A stretch of 64,000 nt of DNA from Ignavibacteriales bacterium (GCA_037441705.1 JBBIRR010000009.1:20110-84109); one strand, 5' to 3'. Shown: positions 48,772-59,673, numbered from the stretch's first letter. Numbers and translations: made by a program. The notes: generated by a model not told the origin, from the sequence alone.

Positions 48772-49710
48772 ATGGCACAGAAACTTAAGATCGAGGACCT
48801 GCAATTCCCACTCTCCACCAAACGCAAGTCCAAAGAGGATTTCAGTCTTGTGGGGGTGATAGGCTTAGGCGTGATGGGACAAGGGATTGCTCAAACGGTT
48901 GCAGGCGCCGGTATCGAAGTGATTGTTGTGGAGAAGAATGAAAAGACGATGAAGGCGGGTCTTGAGGCGCTGAACAAGTCCATGGACACGGACATCAAAC
49001 GATGGGGAATGACGCAAGCCGAAAAGCGCGCCATCCTCTCGCGCATCAAGACCACGACCAACCTGGTTGACCTGAAGGGATGCGATATCATTATCGAAGC
49101 AATTGATGAAAACTTCGAAGCCAAGCGGCAACTCATCGAAGCATTCTATTCGGTGGGAAAGGAAGATGCCGTGTTCATCTCCAACACTGCAACACTCAGC
49201 CTTACGAAACTCGCGCAATCCAGCAAGCGGCCCGATCGCATCATCGGCATGCACTTTTTGAATCCTGTGCCCCGCGTGTCGCTTGTCGAGATTGTCCGCG
49301 GCATGAAAACTTCGGACGAAACCTATAAGCTCGTCAAGCGCTTTGCCGAACGGATCGGAAAGACGCCCGTCGAAGTGTTCGAGTATCCGGGGTTTATCAC
49401 CACGCGCATCATCCTGCCGCTGCTGAACGAAGCCATGCATGTGTTGATGGAAGGAATTGCCAAAGCGGAGGACATTGATACCGCCATGCGGCTCGGCTAC
49501 GGCATGCAAGCCGGACCGTTGGAGATGGCCGACGCGATGGGACTCGATGAAGTCTTGATGTGGATGGAAACGCTCTTTCACGAACTGGGCGAGCCGCGTT
49601 ACCGTCCATGCCCGCTGTTGCGCCGCATGGTGCGAGAGCGAAAGTTGGGAAAGAAAGTGGGCGAGGGGTTCTTCAAGTATGATCAAGACGGTAAGAGAAT
49701 CGCATCGTAG
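48772..49710 (+). CDS. hbd: 3-hydroxybutyryl-CoA dehydrogenase
   Basis: GLGVMGQGIA, IEAIDE, GMHFLNP, GPLEMAD.MGLD and GEGFFKY. Confidence 0.85.
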   Translation: MAQKLKIEDLQFPLSTKRKSKEDFSLVGVIGLGVMGQGIAQTVAGAGIEVIVVEKNEKTMKAGLEALNKSMDTDIKRWGMTQAEKRAILSRIKTTTNLVDLKGCDIIIEAIDENFEAKRQLIEAFYSVGKEDAVFISNTATLSLTKLAQSSKRPDRIIGMHFLNPVPRVSLVEIVRGMKTSDETYKLVKRFAERIGKTPVEVFEYPGFITTRIILPLLNEAMHVLMEGIAKAEDIDTAMRLGYGMQAGPLEMADAMGLDEVLMWMETLFHELGEPRYRPCPLLRRMVRERKLGKKVGEGFFKYDQDGKRIAS

Positions 49711-49781
49711 GTTCAGGGGTCTTTCACCGCAAATGACATGAAAGGGACACGAATCCACACAGATTTCTTTCTGAGTCTTCC

Positions 49782-50984
49782 ATGAATACTCTTGTCCTTA
49801 ACTGTGGCAGCTCATCCGTCAAGTATCAGCTAATCGAAGCCGTCTCACGCAAGTGGCTTGCGCGCGGCAGCGTCGAACGCATCGGCATGAGCGGGGCAAC
49901 GCTCAAGAATCTCCGTCACGACGGTGATGAGATTACCATTGCCGGAGAAATCGTTGACCACATTGTTGCCATCGAATACATTCTTGCCGTTCTCCTCAGC
50001 CGCAATCACGGTGTCATCGAGGACAAGTCGGAGATACACGCTATCGGTCATCGTGTGGTGCACGGCGGCGAAACGTTTACCGGCTCGGTGCTGATTACCG
50101 ATGAGGTCATCAAAGGCATTCGCGCCAACTTCGAAATCGCTCCGCTGCACAATCCCCACAACCTGCGCGGCATCAATGCCTGCCAGATCAACTTACCGGG
50201 CGTTCCCCAGGTAGCGGTATTCGACACGGCCTTTCACCAGAAAATGCCGCGCCGCGCATTCCTCTATGGCATCCCGTACTCCCTCTATACCCAATACAGA
50301 ATCCGACGCTACGGATTTCACGGCACGTCGCACCGCTATGTTGCCGAGCGCGCAGCAGAGCTCTTAGGCCGTCCGCTCAAAGAGCTGAAGCTCATCACAT
50401 GCCACCTCGGCAACGGCTGCAGCATGGCCGCATTGGATGGCGGCGTGTCCATCGACACGACGATGGGCTTCACACCGCTGGAGGGCCTGCTGATGGGAAC
50501 GCGTTCGGGCGATATTGACCCGTCAGTGATTCTCTACATCATGGGCAAAGAAGGACTGACACTTGCCGAGGCGAACACCCTGCTCAACAAGCACAGCGGA
50601 CTTCAAGGCATCTCGGGTATCAGCAGCGATATGAGAGAGATTATTCAGGAAATGATGAACGGCGACAAGAAGGCGAAGTACGCCTTCGACGTGTTCTGCT
50701 ATCGTGTGAAGAAATACATCGGCGCGTATGTGGCAGCCCTGGGAGGCGTGGATGCTGTCGTCTTCACCGGCGGCATCGGTGAAAACAGCGCAGAGGTCCG
50801 CAAAGCATGCTGCGAAAACATGAACTACTTCGGCATCGCCATTGACGACGCCGCAAATGAATCGGCGGACAAGGAGAAACTCATTACCCGGCCGGACTCT
50901 CGCACCAAAGTGCTCGTCATTCCCACGAACGAGGAGTTACTGATTGCGTTGGATACGATGGAAATTGTGAAGGGAAAGGGGTGA
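49782..50984 (+). CDS. ackA: Acetate kinase
   Basis: LNCGSSSVKY, GHRVVHGG, APLHNP, YGFHGTSH and FTGGIGENS. Confidence 0.95.
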   Translation: MNTLVLNCGSSSVKYQLIEAVSRKWLARGSVERIGMSGATLKNLRHDGDEITIAGEIVDHIVAIEYILAVLLSRNHGVIEDKSEIHAIGHRVVHGGETFTGSVLITDEVIKGIRANFEIAPLHNPHNLRGINACQINLPGVPQVAVFDTAFHQKMPRRAFLYGIPYSLYTQYRIRRYGFHGTSHRYVAERAAELLGRPLKELKLITCHLGNGCSMAALDGGVSIDTTMGFTPLEGLLMGTRSGDIDPSVILYIMGKEGLTLAEANTLLNKHSGLQGISGISSDMREIIQEMMNGDKKAKYAFDVFCYRVKKYIGAYVAALGGVDAVVFTGGIGENSAEVRKACCENMNYFGIAIDDAANESADKEKLITRPDSRTKVLVIPTNEELLIALDTMEIVKGKG

Positions 50985-51051
50985 CCAAGCTTTGCACGCG
51001 GCGGGATGGCCTGGACGACAACCAGACCTTCTTTGGGATCGAATCGGTATC

Positions 51052-51279
51052 TCATAGAGCTACTGCTGTCCCTTCAGGTAACTTGCCTGTATAAATCACT
51101 GCAAATCGTCTTGGCCTCCGAGTGGCTGCGACACGATAGACCTCATCGCGATCCTTGCTGTGATAAATTACCTTCCCCATCTGAACTTCGAGCGAATCGT
51201 TCGTGGTTGGCTCTTCAATGAGCACCCATTCTGAATCATACGTGGCTTCGATCTCCTGAATCGTTAGCAATTTGTCCAT
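51052..51279 (-). CDS. Small hypothetical protein (DUF5678-like)
   Basis: Y..EWVLI...GKVIYHSKDRDEVY pattern; RBS GGAGG; own promoter-like TTGATA-17-TACTTT (51346-51318). Confidence 0.6.
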   Translation of the reverse strand: MDKLLTIQEIEATYDSEWVLIEEPTTNDSLEVQMGKVIYHSKDRDEVYRVAATRRPRRFAVIYTGKLPEGTAVAL

Positions 51280-51367
51280 TGCCGCCTCCTGTTCCTTACT
51301 TTGACGTAACCGCAAGAAAAGTAATCAGGCACAGCCGCAATATCAAGTAGCCAAAGCCTCTTTGATC

Positions 51368-51985
51368 TCACGTCCGCTCCCGCCACTGTTTCAGTCCAAT
51401 ATTCCCCCGCGTCTGGTTCACCAAGGCCGTCTTCAACTCCTCTTCCTTTGACAGCCTGATTTCAAGCACGGCATGAACGTCCTCCTCGTACGTCGTATCC
51501 ACGATCTTTGCGCCCAATTTGGAAACCACATGCATGACATCGCCGATGCGAGAGTGCGGGAATGTCGCTTCGAGCATCGTCGTCTTGTACTTGGTGACGA
51601 TCTCTGCCCGCTGCAGAGCAAGCATCGCAGCTTCGTTGTAAGCCCGCGCAAGTCCGCCCACGCCGAGCTTCGTTCCGCCGAAGTAGCGCGTCACAACGAC
51701 GATCACGTCGGTCAGTCCGTGTGCATCAATCGCAGCGAGGATGGGTTTTCCCGCGCTGCCGGTCGGCTCGCCCGCATCTCCGTAACGAAAGAGAGTTCCT
51801 TCGGTACCGAGACGATAGGCGAAGCAGTGATGGCTGGCGTCCCAGAAATTCTTTTTTTCGCGAGCAAGAAACTGTTCGGCTTCCTCCTTCGTTGCTACGG
51901 GCAGCACGGCGGCAAGAAATCGAGATCCTTGGACGTTCGTTTCCGCCCGTGCCAGCCCTTTGATCGTCTTGAATTCGTCAGTCAT
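51368..51985 (-). CDS. yigZ: IMPACT/YigZ family protein
   Basis: GSRF, ASHHCFAYR, DAGEPTGSAG and VTRYFGGTKLGVGGL. Confidence 0.92.
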   Translation of the reverse strand: MTDEFKTIKGLARAETNVQGSRFLAAVLPVATKEEAEQFLAREKKNFWDASHHCFAYRLGTEGTLFRYGDAGEPTGSAGKPILAAIDAHGLTDVIVVVTRYFGGTKLGVGGLARAYNEAAMLALQRAEIVTKYKTTMLEATFPHSRIGDVMHVVSKLGAKIVDTTYEEDVHAVLEIRLSKEEELKTALVNQTRGNIGLKQWRERT

Positions 51986-52104
51986 CGCTGTTCAGGGTAA
52001 GCGTATCGCGGGAAATATTTTCTACACCTGATCCATCGTGCACGAGATAGTTCTTGCACATTATCGCTTCGCTCACTATCTTCATCGGGACAAGGAAAGC
52101 ACCT

Positions 52105-53241
52105 ATGAAAATCGGTATCGTATGTTACCCCACGTATGGCGGCAGCGGCGTAATCGCCACGGAGCTGGGCAAAGCGCTCGCCGAGCGTGGGCACCAAATC
52201 CACTTCATCAGCTACGCTATGCCGATGCGCCTGGAGGCGTATTTGGGGAATATCTTCTATCATGAAGTTGAAATGGCAAGTTATCCGCTGTTTGAGTTTC
52301 CGCTCTACACGCCTGCGCTTGCGAGCAAGCTGGTGGAAGTGGCCCGCTTCGAGAAGCTGGATCTCATTCATGCCCACTACGCCATTCCTCACGCCATCAG
52401 CGCGTTCCTCGCTCGCGAGATCGTGAATAACGGTCTGAAGATCATCACAACGCTGCACGGAACGGACATCACGCTGGTGGGGCTGGAACCGAGTTTTCTG
52501 CCCGTGGTCAAATTCAGCATTGAACGAAGCGATGGCGTGACGGCCGTGTCGCGCTTCCTGCGCGAGAAAACGTTGACGAACTTCGGCATCAATAAGGACA
52601 TCGCCGTCATTCCCAACTTCGTTGATACGGCAAAGTATCGGCGGATTCCGTGTGAAGAAATCTGCGAGCGCTTTGCTCCGCATGGCGAGAAAATCCTCGT
52701 GCACGTTTCCAACTTCCGCGTCGTCAAACGCGTTCCGGACGTGATCAAGATTTTTCATGAGGTTCGTAAGAAAATTCCCGCGACGCTTATTCTTGTGGGC
52801 GATGGACCGGATCGCTCCGCGTGCGAGTTGTTGGTGCGCGAGTTGGGACTTCAGCAACACGTCCGGTTTCTCGGCAAGCAGCAGGAGCTTGTGCCGATCC
52901 TCTCTGCCGCCGATCTGTTTCTGATGCCGAGTCAATCGGAAAGCTTCGGGCTTTCGGCGCTGGAGGCCATGGCGTGCGAAGTGCCTGTGGTCTCCTCCAG
53001 TGTCGGCGGCTTGCCCGAGCTTCAGGTCCACGGCGAAACGGGCTACATCGCCGAGATCGGCGATATTGACCGCATGGCCCGGTACGCCATCGAGCTGTTG
53101 ACGAACGAACCGAAACACCGGATGTTTGCCGAGGCCGCGCGGCGGCGCGCCGTCGAGCAGTTCGATGTCCACAAGATCGTCGGTCAGTACGAGGCATACT
53201 ACGAGCAGAGCCTCGCCGGCGCACTCGCATTCCAGAATTAA
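52105..53241 (+). CDS. bshA: N-acetyl-alpha-D-glucosaminyl L-malate synthase (bacillithiol)
   Basis: CYPTYGGSGVIATELG, HAHYAIPHA, TTLHGTDIT and ESFGLSALEAM. Confidence 0.95.
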   Translation: MKIGIVCYPTYGGSGVIATELGKALAERGHQIHFISYAMPMRLEAYLGNIFYHEVEMASYPLFEFPLYTPALASKLVEVARFEKLDLIHAHYAIPHAISAFLAREIVNNGLKIITTLHGTDITLVGLEPSFLPVVKFSIERSDGVTAVSRFLREKTLTNFGINKDIAVIPNFVDTAKYRRIPCEEICERFAPHGEKILVHVSNFRVVKRVPDVIKIFHEVRKKIPATLILVGDGPDRSACELLVRELGLQQHVRFLGKQQELVPILSAADLFLMPSQSESFGLSALEAMACEVPVVSSSVGGLPELQVHGETGYIAEIGDIDRMARYAIELLTNEPKHRMFAEAARRRAVEQFDVHKIVGQYEAYYEQSLAGALAFQN

Positions 53242-53279
53242 CAAACACAATCGGAGAAGGTAACGACAACACGATTGCG

Positions 53280-53585
53280 ATGGTCATAGACGTTGTTCAC
53301 ATTGCAAAATCCAAGAAACCCACACTCGAGGAACTCACTGCCATCCTCGAAGCGGAGGGGCTTGCATGGGAGCTGTACTCCGACAAGCCCGGCACAAAAT
53401 ACGGACGCCATAAGCATGACTTCGATGATTTCATCGTCATCGTGCAGGGACAGATGAAGCTTGGCACCGAGCACGGCGAATGGATCATGAAGCCCGGCGA
53501 TAGAATCGACCTCCCCAAGAATACTGTTCACTGGGCGGAGATGCTGGGTAAGGTTGAGGTCAAGTACCTCAGCGCAGCGAAGTAA
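53280..53585 (+). CDS. Cupin domain protein
   Basis: H.H.FD...G...PGD...LP.NTVH. Confidence 0.8.
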   Translation: MVIDVVHIAKSKKPTLEELTAILEAEGLAWELYSDKPGTKYGRHKHDFDDFIVIVQGQMKLGTEHGEWIMKPGDRIDLPKNTVHWAEMLGKVEVKYLSAAK

Positions 53586-53750
53586 ACTCGCCCCTCGTCA
53601 CGTCGTCTTCGATTGCTCGCCTTGCGAATCCCGCGAGGTTTCCTCAACCGCCTTGCATAAAGACATGTCCGTCCCCGTTGACGCGATGTTCTTTTCCGTC
53701 GCAGGATCGTTCGCGCTCGTTCTTCGAAATGGTAACCGGCCGCGACGTTC

Positions 53751-54974
53751 TCATGCAGCCACTGTTGTGTCCCGACGTAGGGTAAGAATGGGCACAGCGA
53801 TGAGAATCAGCAGCGGAATGATAGGCATCGAATAGCGCGCCCAGCCAACAATCGAAGCGTGCAGGACGATGTAGTACAACGTGAGCGCAACGATCGGCGT
53901 GAGGCGTGCCATCGCTTGTCGCTGCCGGACGACCGAAACGCACGCGGCAAGCAGCAACAGCCATTGCAGTGTGCCGTAGAAGGCAGACTTCAAAGGAGAT
54001 TCACTCAGCGACCAGAAAAGAAAGAAGTTGGCGACTGCTCGTCGAGCCAAAAACCATGGCTCATCAACGTAGCGGCGAAATGCTGTCTGCGTAAGCAACC
54101 GCTCCCCCTCAACGCCGCGAAAAGAAGGGATGCCGCGCGGTTCCAGAAGTGAATCCACGCGAGCCTGACCCATGTGCCAGAAATCGAGGTTGCAGCACCA
54201 CCGACCGGGCCAATGCTCGCCGATCACATCTCCTTGAATCAGATTAAAGCCCAACGAGGTGTGAACGGGAACGAACGCCTCTGCAACGCGATAGTTGCGC
54301 ACCGTCCACGGAAGGATGACCAAACAACACACGGCAAGCGCAATCAGCCCGTAATGCAAACCTCGCAAGCCGTGCCGTCGGAAGAGCAAGAGCGTAAGCA
54401 CCAACGGAAAGAGCATGACAACGGATTTCGTAAGCGATGCAACGCCGAACGCACTTCCGGCACCGAGCGCGGCGCGGAGTGTGCCGCGTTCGTACAACAC
54501 AAGAGCGGCAAATGCGGCGAGAACAAGCACGAAGGCATGCGTTGTTTCGATCCAGATGCGCCCTGTGTACCAGAGGAGGATCGGATGCAGAGCACACAGA
54601 AGTTGCGCGCGAAGGGCGGTCGCCCTATCGTACACCCGCGATGCAATGGCAAACACCAGGATCGTTGTTGCCGCATGAAGCATGGCCTGGAAGATCTGCA
54701 CAAGACTCAGCGCGTAGCCGCCCGCCAGCGCGAATAACGCAGCCACGAGATACGGGTACACCGGCGCACGATCGAGGGCAGGCGGATCCGTCGCACTGTA
54801 CCTCATCCCTGTACCGGTGTAAATGTTGTAGGCCAGTGCCCCGTTGCCGTCGGCATCGAGATTCACGTTGTGCGTCTCTACAATGTGAGGCAGAACGAGG
54901 AAGGAAAATGCAAGGCTCAGCACAAAGGCAGCGCAGGCAATGCTTAGAGCCATACGATCAAGCTGAGGTTTCAT
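53751..54974 (-). CDS. ArnT/PMT-like (GT39/GT83) membrane glycosyltransferase
   Basis: RAPVYP, multiple TM segments, PWTVRNY and RYSMP. Confidence 0.75.
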   Translation of the reverse strand: MKPQLDRMALSIACAAFVLSLAFSFLVLPHIVETHNVNLDADGNGALAYNIYTGTGMRYSATDPPALDRAPVYPYLVAALFALAGGYALSLVQIFQAMLHAATTILVFAIASRVYDRATALRAQLLCALHPILLWYTGRIWIETTHAFVLVLAAFAALVLYERGTLRAALGAGSAFGVASLTKSVVMLFPLVLTLLLFRRHGLRGLHYGLIALAVCCLVILPWTVRNYRVAEAFVPVHTSLGFNLIQGDVIGEHWPGRWCCNLDFWHMGQARVDSLLEPRGIPSFRGVEGERLLTQTAFRRYVDEPWFLARRAVANFFLFWSLSESPLKSAFYGTLQWLLLLAACVSVVRQRQAMARLTPIVALTLYYIVLHASIVGWARYSMPIIPLLILIAVPILTLRRDTTVAA

Positions 54975-55055
54975 TCGTGGCGGATGGATACGAGGTGAAT
55001 TGGCGCGGCGCCGAAAAACTCCCATCAGATTCGCAACGCGGCCCGTACGCGCGCC

Positions 55056-55292
55056 TCAAGAGCGAACGGCCTCGTTTTTTTGTGCGCGGAGCGCGGCTCG
55101 TTCCTTTCGAATCAACTTGATCCTGAGAACAATCCGTGCAACAACGAGGGCAAGGGCGATCACAAGAAACGGCACGGCCCAGGAGTCCGGCACAATCTTG
55201 AACCAGAGTAACAGCAGCAATCCCATCATGATGGTGATGCTGATGTAGCCGGCGTTGTTCAGCGTCCGTTGATTGAGCTGGAACGTCTTCAT
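55056..55292 (-). CDS. Small two-TM membrane protein
   Basis: RBS GGAGG, two hydrophobic helices and a basic tail. Confidence 0.55.
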   Translation of the reverse strand: MKTFQLNQRTLNNAGYISITIMMGLLLLLWFKIVPDSWAVPFLVIALALVVARIVLRIKLIRKERAALRAQKNEAVRS

Positions 55293-55358
55293 TGGTTTCC
55301 TCCATGAACGCTCGACATGAAGCAGATCATGTCGGCTCGGCGATGCGAAACGTACACG

Positions 55359-56459
55359 TTAGTCGAAGATCGAGTCAATCACGCCTCCGCCGACGATGTC
55401 CTCTCCCTCGTAGAACACAACCGACTGCCCGGGAGTGATTGCCCGGCGCTTCTCGTCGAATACGACAGACACGACGCCGTCGGCTGTCTCTTCAATTGTC
55501 GCCATTCCGCCGGAATCCTTGTACCGAATCTTCGCCTCGACGCGCAGCGGGGACTTGCAGTCGGCATACTTCTGCATGTTCACATTGGTCGCAAGCAGGC
55601 CGCGATGATATAGCTTCTCCTCCTTCCCCACAACGATTCGATTGTTTCGATGGTCGATCTCGGTGACATACAGCGGCTCCGGTCGCGCCAGGCCGATGCC
55701 TTTTCGCTGACCGATCGTGTAGAAGGGAAAGCCGCGATGCCGCCCGACCACCTGGCCGTCGTACACAATCTCGCCGCCCTCGACTGCTGCGGCCAGATCC
55801 GGCACGCGCTCCTTCAGGAAGCGCTCGTAGTTGTTATCCGCAATGAAACAGATCTCGAAGCTCTCGGGCTTCTGCATGTTCGGCAGGCCGTACTTCTCAC
55901 CCAAGGCTCGCGCCTCGGCCTTGGCAAGCCCGGCAAGAGGAAAGAGCGTCTTCCGCAAGGAGTCCTGCGACAGCCCCCACAGGGCGTAGGATTGATCCTT
56001 CGAGGCGTCTCGCCCGCGTGCGACATAGTAGCGGCCGTTGTGCTCATTGAAACCAATCCGCGCGTAGTGGCCCGTGGCGATGTAGTCGGCACCGAGCGCA
56101 TCGGCTTTCGCAATCAACTCCTCCCACTTGATCTTCCGGTTGCAGATCACGCAGGGATTGGGCGTGCGGCCGTGGAGGTACTCATCAATAAAATTGTCGA
56201 TAACCTCGATGCCAAACTTCTCGCTGAAATCGAGCACGTAGTGCGGAAAGCCGAGCTGCGCGGCAACGGCGCGGGCGTCGTTGATCCCATCGAGCGAGCA
56301 GCAGGTACTTTCGCTGCCGACATTCCCGCCAACATCCTCATATTTGTATGTCTTGATCGTAATGCCGATGAGATCGTACCCCTGGTCGGCAAGAATTGCT
56401 GCCGCCACGGAAGAATCCACACCGCCGCTCATCGCCACGACCACACGCTGTTTCTTCAC
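55359..56459 (-). CDS. mnmA: tRNA 2-thiouridylase
   Basis: AMSGGVDSS, TPNPCVICN, ATGHYAR, KDQSY and TPGQSVVFY. Confidence 0.96.
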   Translation of the reverse strand: MKKQRVVVAMSGGVDSSVAAAILADQGYDLIGITIKTYKYEDVGGNVGSESTCCSLDGINDARAVAAQLGFPHYVLDFSEKFGIEVIDNFIDEYLHGRTPNPCVICNRKIKWEELIAKADALGADYIATGHYARIGFNEHNGRYYVARGRDASKDQSYALWGLSQDSLRKTLFPLAGLAKAEARALGEKYGLPNMQKPESFEICFIADNNYERFLKERVPDLAAAVEGGEIVYDGQVVGRHRGFPFYTIGQRKGIGLARPEPLYVTEIDHRNNRIVVGKEEKLYHRGLLATNVNMQKYADCKSPLRVEAKIRYKDSGGMATIEETADGVVSVVFDEKRRAITPGQSVVFYEGEDIVGGGVIDSIFD

Positions 56460-56668
56460 TCCTCACTCCCGCAAAAAATTGCCTGTTGTTCGCTCAGAAG
56501 ATAGCAATTTCGACTATCTCTTACAACGAAGTTGCACCGCTATGGGGTCATTGAATATGACGATCTCGCTCATTGTCAGGTGCATGCGCAGAGTCCCGCG
56601 CGGCGTCACGAAGATTCCTTCCCGATCATCCGATAACCTTTGTGAGTCTATCAAGCTGGAGAATGCAC

Positions 56669-57127
56669 ATGAAGCTCCTTGTTGTCGACGACGATTCGGT
56701 GATGCGCATGGTGCTGAGGACGCTGCTTCGCTCGGAAGGTTACTCGGTGGTGACGGCGGCCGACGGTGAAGAAGCGCTGGCAAAACTCTCCGAATCTCCA
56801 TTCGATCTGCTCATCACCGACATCCGCATGCCGCGGCTTGACGGCGTTCGTCTGCGTGACCGCGTGCGCGCTGAAGGAGGGAAAGCTCTGCCGATCATTT
56901 TCATCTCGGGCTACGATGACCGTCAAGCTCGGGAGTCAGTCCAAGACCGCACTCTTGAGGGATTTTTTCGGAAGGGACGTCCCCTCGCGGAACTTCTGAA
57001 CTGGATAAGATACTTGAGTACGCCGGTGCATAAACGCCCGGCGTATCCGCCGGATCATGCCGCCGGGCCGAGCGTTCGACCGCGCGTATTCACACGAGAG
57101 CAGCGCAGCAGTCCCCCGCCACCGTAG
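56669..57127 (+). CDS. Response regulator receiver protein
   Basis: LLVVDDD, LLITDIRMPRLDG and IIFISG; Pro-rich tail. Confidence 0.85.
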   Translation: MKLLVVDDDSVMRMVLRTLLRSEGYSVVTAADGEEALAKLSESPFDLLITDIRMPRLDGVRLRDRVRAEGGKALPIIFISGYDDRQARESVQDRTLEGFFRKGRPLAELLNWIRYLSTPVHKRPAYPPDHAAGPSVRPRVFTREQRSSPPPP

Positions 57128-57191
57128 CGGCATGCACATCGCACGCACGGCCGATCCTTGCTGATCATCCCCTGCGCCAGCAAGGAGGAAG

Positions 57192-57225
57192 AAAAAAGGG
57201 ATGTCCGTTTCGACATCCCTCTTTC
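57192..57225. terminator. Bidirectional intrinsic terminator
   Basis: AAAAA-AGGGATGTC-cgtttc-GACATCCCT-CTTTC between convergent genes. Confidence 0.7.
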
Positions 57226-57237
57226 GTGACGCGAGGC

Positions 57238-57960
57238 TTATCGCTTTGCGCGACGCTGCAACGCCCTCAGATCGATTTCTCGAATCTTGCGCAGCTGCTC
57301 TGTTTGCTCTTGCGCACGCCGGGCCTGCTGCACTTCGGTTGCTTCGGCAAACTTCTGGAGCGCCGGATTGGCTGCAAGAATCGAATCCCGCCGAGCAACA
57401 TCGGAACTCTTCTGCAATTCAAGCAGGATTTGCAAATCGTTGTCGGTCTGTTCCAGGTCGGCAGTCAGTTCGGCGATCTTCTTGGACTGTGCGTTCAACT
57501 CTGCCGCCTGAATGCGCGCGAGTGAGGAAAGGCTGTCGATGGCGCGCACACGCCGCGAGTCCACAGTATTGAATTGCATCCGCTCCCGGATCAGCGATGC
57601 GATGATGACCGAGCGGGCGCGCTCGCCGCGCGAGAGCCAGGGAATCTCCAGATGTTTGGTAAAGTAATACAACGCCACGCTGTCGTTGCGCGCAGCATTG
57701 AACGGATTGATATAGAGCAAGCCGAGATTGCGAATGGCGTTGGCATAATGTTCCGTGCCCTCGTAGAGTTCCGCCACCATTTTGTACACCAGCGCAGCGC
57801 CCTGAAATGCCCCTGCCGTCTCAAGGCTGTCGGCAAAAGCAAAGTGATACTCCGCTTTTGCCTCCCGTTCGCTCATCGCCGGACTCTCGGGTGCCGAGCT
57901 GCGCGCGGCACACCCCCCAAACGCAACGAGCATGAGTCCCACACCAACCATCTTCACCAT
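57238..57960 (-). CDS. Lipoprotein with TPR-like and coiled-coil regions
   Basis: Lipobox FGGC; helical/coiled-coil C-terminus. Confidence 0.65.
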   Translation of the reverse strand: MVKMVGVGLMLVAFGGCAARSSAPESPAMSEREAKAEYHFAFADSLETAGAFQGAALVYKMVAELYEGTEHYANAIRNLGLLYINPFNAARNDSVALYYFTKHLEIPWLSRGERARSVIIASLIRERMQFNTVDSRRVRAIDSLSSLARIQAAELNAQSKKIAELTADLEQTDNDLQILLELQKSSDVARRDSILAANPALQKFAEATEVQQARRAQEQTEQLRKIREIDLRALQRRAKR

Positions 57961-57971
57961 AAAGCCTCCAC

Positions 57972-59459
57972 TCAGTTGACGGATTGTTGGATCGACGCGG
58001 CAAAGTCGGGAAGGAGGTGTTCTTTCACGGCAGGCAGTTCGACGGTAAAGGTTGTGCCCTGCCCAACGGTGCTTTCCGCAAAGACACGCCCGCCGTGCGC
58101 CTCGACTAATGCCTTCACCAATGCAAGCCCGACGCCTGTTCCTCGGGTGCTTGCTTTGTCGGCATTCTTTGCCTGATAGAATTTTGTAAAGATGTTCGGC
58201 AAGTCTTCGGGCGCAATACCCACACCCGAGTCGGTGACCGACACGCTGACGCCGAATTTGGAGCGTCCGATTTCGACGTGCACACGCCCCCGTTCGGGCG
58301 TGTACTTGATGGCGTTGCTGAGAAGGTTGCTGAACACCTGCGGCAGCTTGGACGCGTCTCCCTTCACTTTCGGGATCGGAGCAGCGTTCACCGTCAGCGA
58401 GATGTTCTTGCGCAATGCGATCAACTTCGCCTCTTCGATCACGGGCACCAACACACTCACCAGATCCGTCGGCGCAAAGTCGTACTGCATCGCCCCCGAC
58501 TCGATCTTGGAGATGTCGAGGAACTGGTGGCTGAACGCCGTGATCTTGTTGATACCCTCGCGCAGAAATTCCGTGAGCCGCGTTTGCTCTTTGTTGAGTG
58601 TCCCGTACCGTTGATCGGCCATGAGATTGAGGGCGGATGTCATCGCCTGCAGCGGCGTGCGGAGTTCATGCGAGATGTGATGCATCATCTCCGTCCGCAT
58701 CTTTTCGTTGGATTGGAGTTTCGCGCTCATGTCGTTGATGGCGCGTGCCAGAAGAGACATCTCGTCCTGCGTGCGGACTTCAATCGGGGTGAACTTGCCG
58801 CCGGCAATCTGATCGGTTCCCTGAATCAACACGCCGATAGGTTTGGTGATGGCGCGCGTGATGAAGACGGCAGCGCCCAGGGCGATGAGTAACGTAACGG
58901 CCGTGAGGACATATGCAACATTAGCGGACTTCGACATTCGGTGTCCGGCCTCCGCCATCGAACGTTTGATGGATTGTTCCGTTCCCGAAATGAAGTCCCG
59001 CAGATTCGCGTGCAGCACATCAAGGCTGTCGTTGCGCGCGGCTTCGTCGAACGCGCCGTCGTTTGTTCGGCCAATGCCGTACGTTGCTCGGCGGACGGCT
59101 TCAGCAAACCACTTGTGACCCTCGCGTATGCGATTGACCAGTATGCGATCCTGCTCCGAAAGGCTTGTGCGGGCAAGAGAATCGGCAAACTGCTCGAACA
59201 CATTCACCTGTTCGGCAAAAACTTTGTAATATTCCGGATCATTCAAGGCTGCTGCTTTTTGCGCATACGGCTCTTCTTCAAACAGCAGCGCCTGCATCTG
59301 CTTGGCCAAATCAAGTCCGCGGAAATCGTAGGCATACGTTTGTGTGGTGGTCGCAGTCACCTTTTGCATTTGCCGCAACACGTAGAGGTTCGTCGCAATC
59401 ATCAACACGATGATGACGCCGAACCCGATGAGCATCTTTCGTTTGATCGTGAACTTCAT
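57972..59459 (-). CDS. HAMP-domain sensor histidine kinase
   Basis: Two TM segments, HAMP, SHELRTPL, NLLSNAIKY, DSGVGI and GTGVGL. Confidence 0.93.
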   Translation of the reverse strand: MKFTIKRKMLIGFGVIIVLMIATNLYVLRQMQKVTATTTQTYAYDFRGLDLAKQMQALLFEEEPYAQKAAALNDPEYYKVFAEQVNVFEQFADSLARTSLSEQDRILVNRIREGHKWFAEAVRRATYGIGRTNDGAFDEAARNDSLDVLHANLRDFISGTEQSIKRSMAEAGHRMSKSANVAYVLTAVTLLIALGAAVFITRAITKPIGVLIQGTDQIAGGKFTPIEVRTQDEMSLLARAINDMSAKLQSNEKMRTEMMHHISHELRTPLQAMTSALNLMADQRYGTLNKEQTRLTEFLREGINKITAFSHQFLDISKIESGAMQYDFAPTDLVSVLVPVIEEAKLIALRKNISLTVNAAPIPKVKGDASKLPQVFSNLLSNAIKYTPERGRVHVEIGRSKFGVSVSVTDSGVGIAPEDLPNIFTKFYQAKNADKASTRGTGVGLALVKALVEAHGGRVFAESTVGQGTTFTVELPAVKEHLLPDFAASIQQSVN

Positions 59460-59673
59460 TGTGGCATGTCCCCTTTCCGCAAAAGGACCATGGGTGGTAC
59501 AGCACGTTCTCGCCGAAGCTGACTACGCAAATTTAGGTAGAGTGTTCGTGATAAGCAAGAAGATGGGTGATGGTGCTGCCCATTCTTTCGCCGCGCGGCT
59601 GCGCTGCTACGCTAAACGGCGTAGTTTGTGCGAAAAAAGGGATTTCGGCTGCCCTAAACCGATCGCTTTCTGC

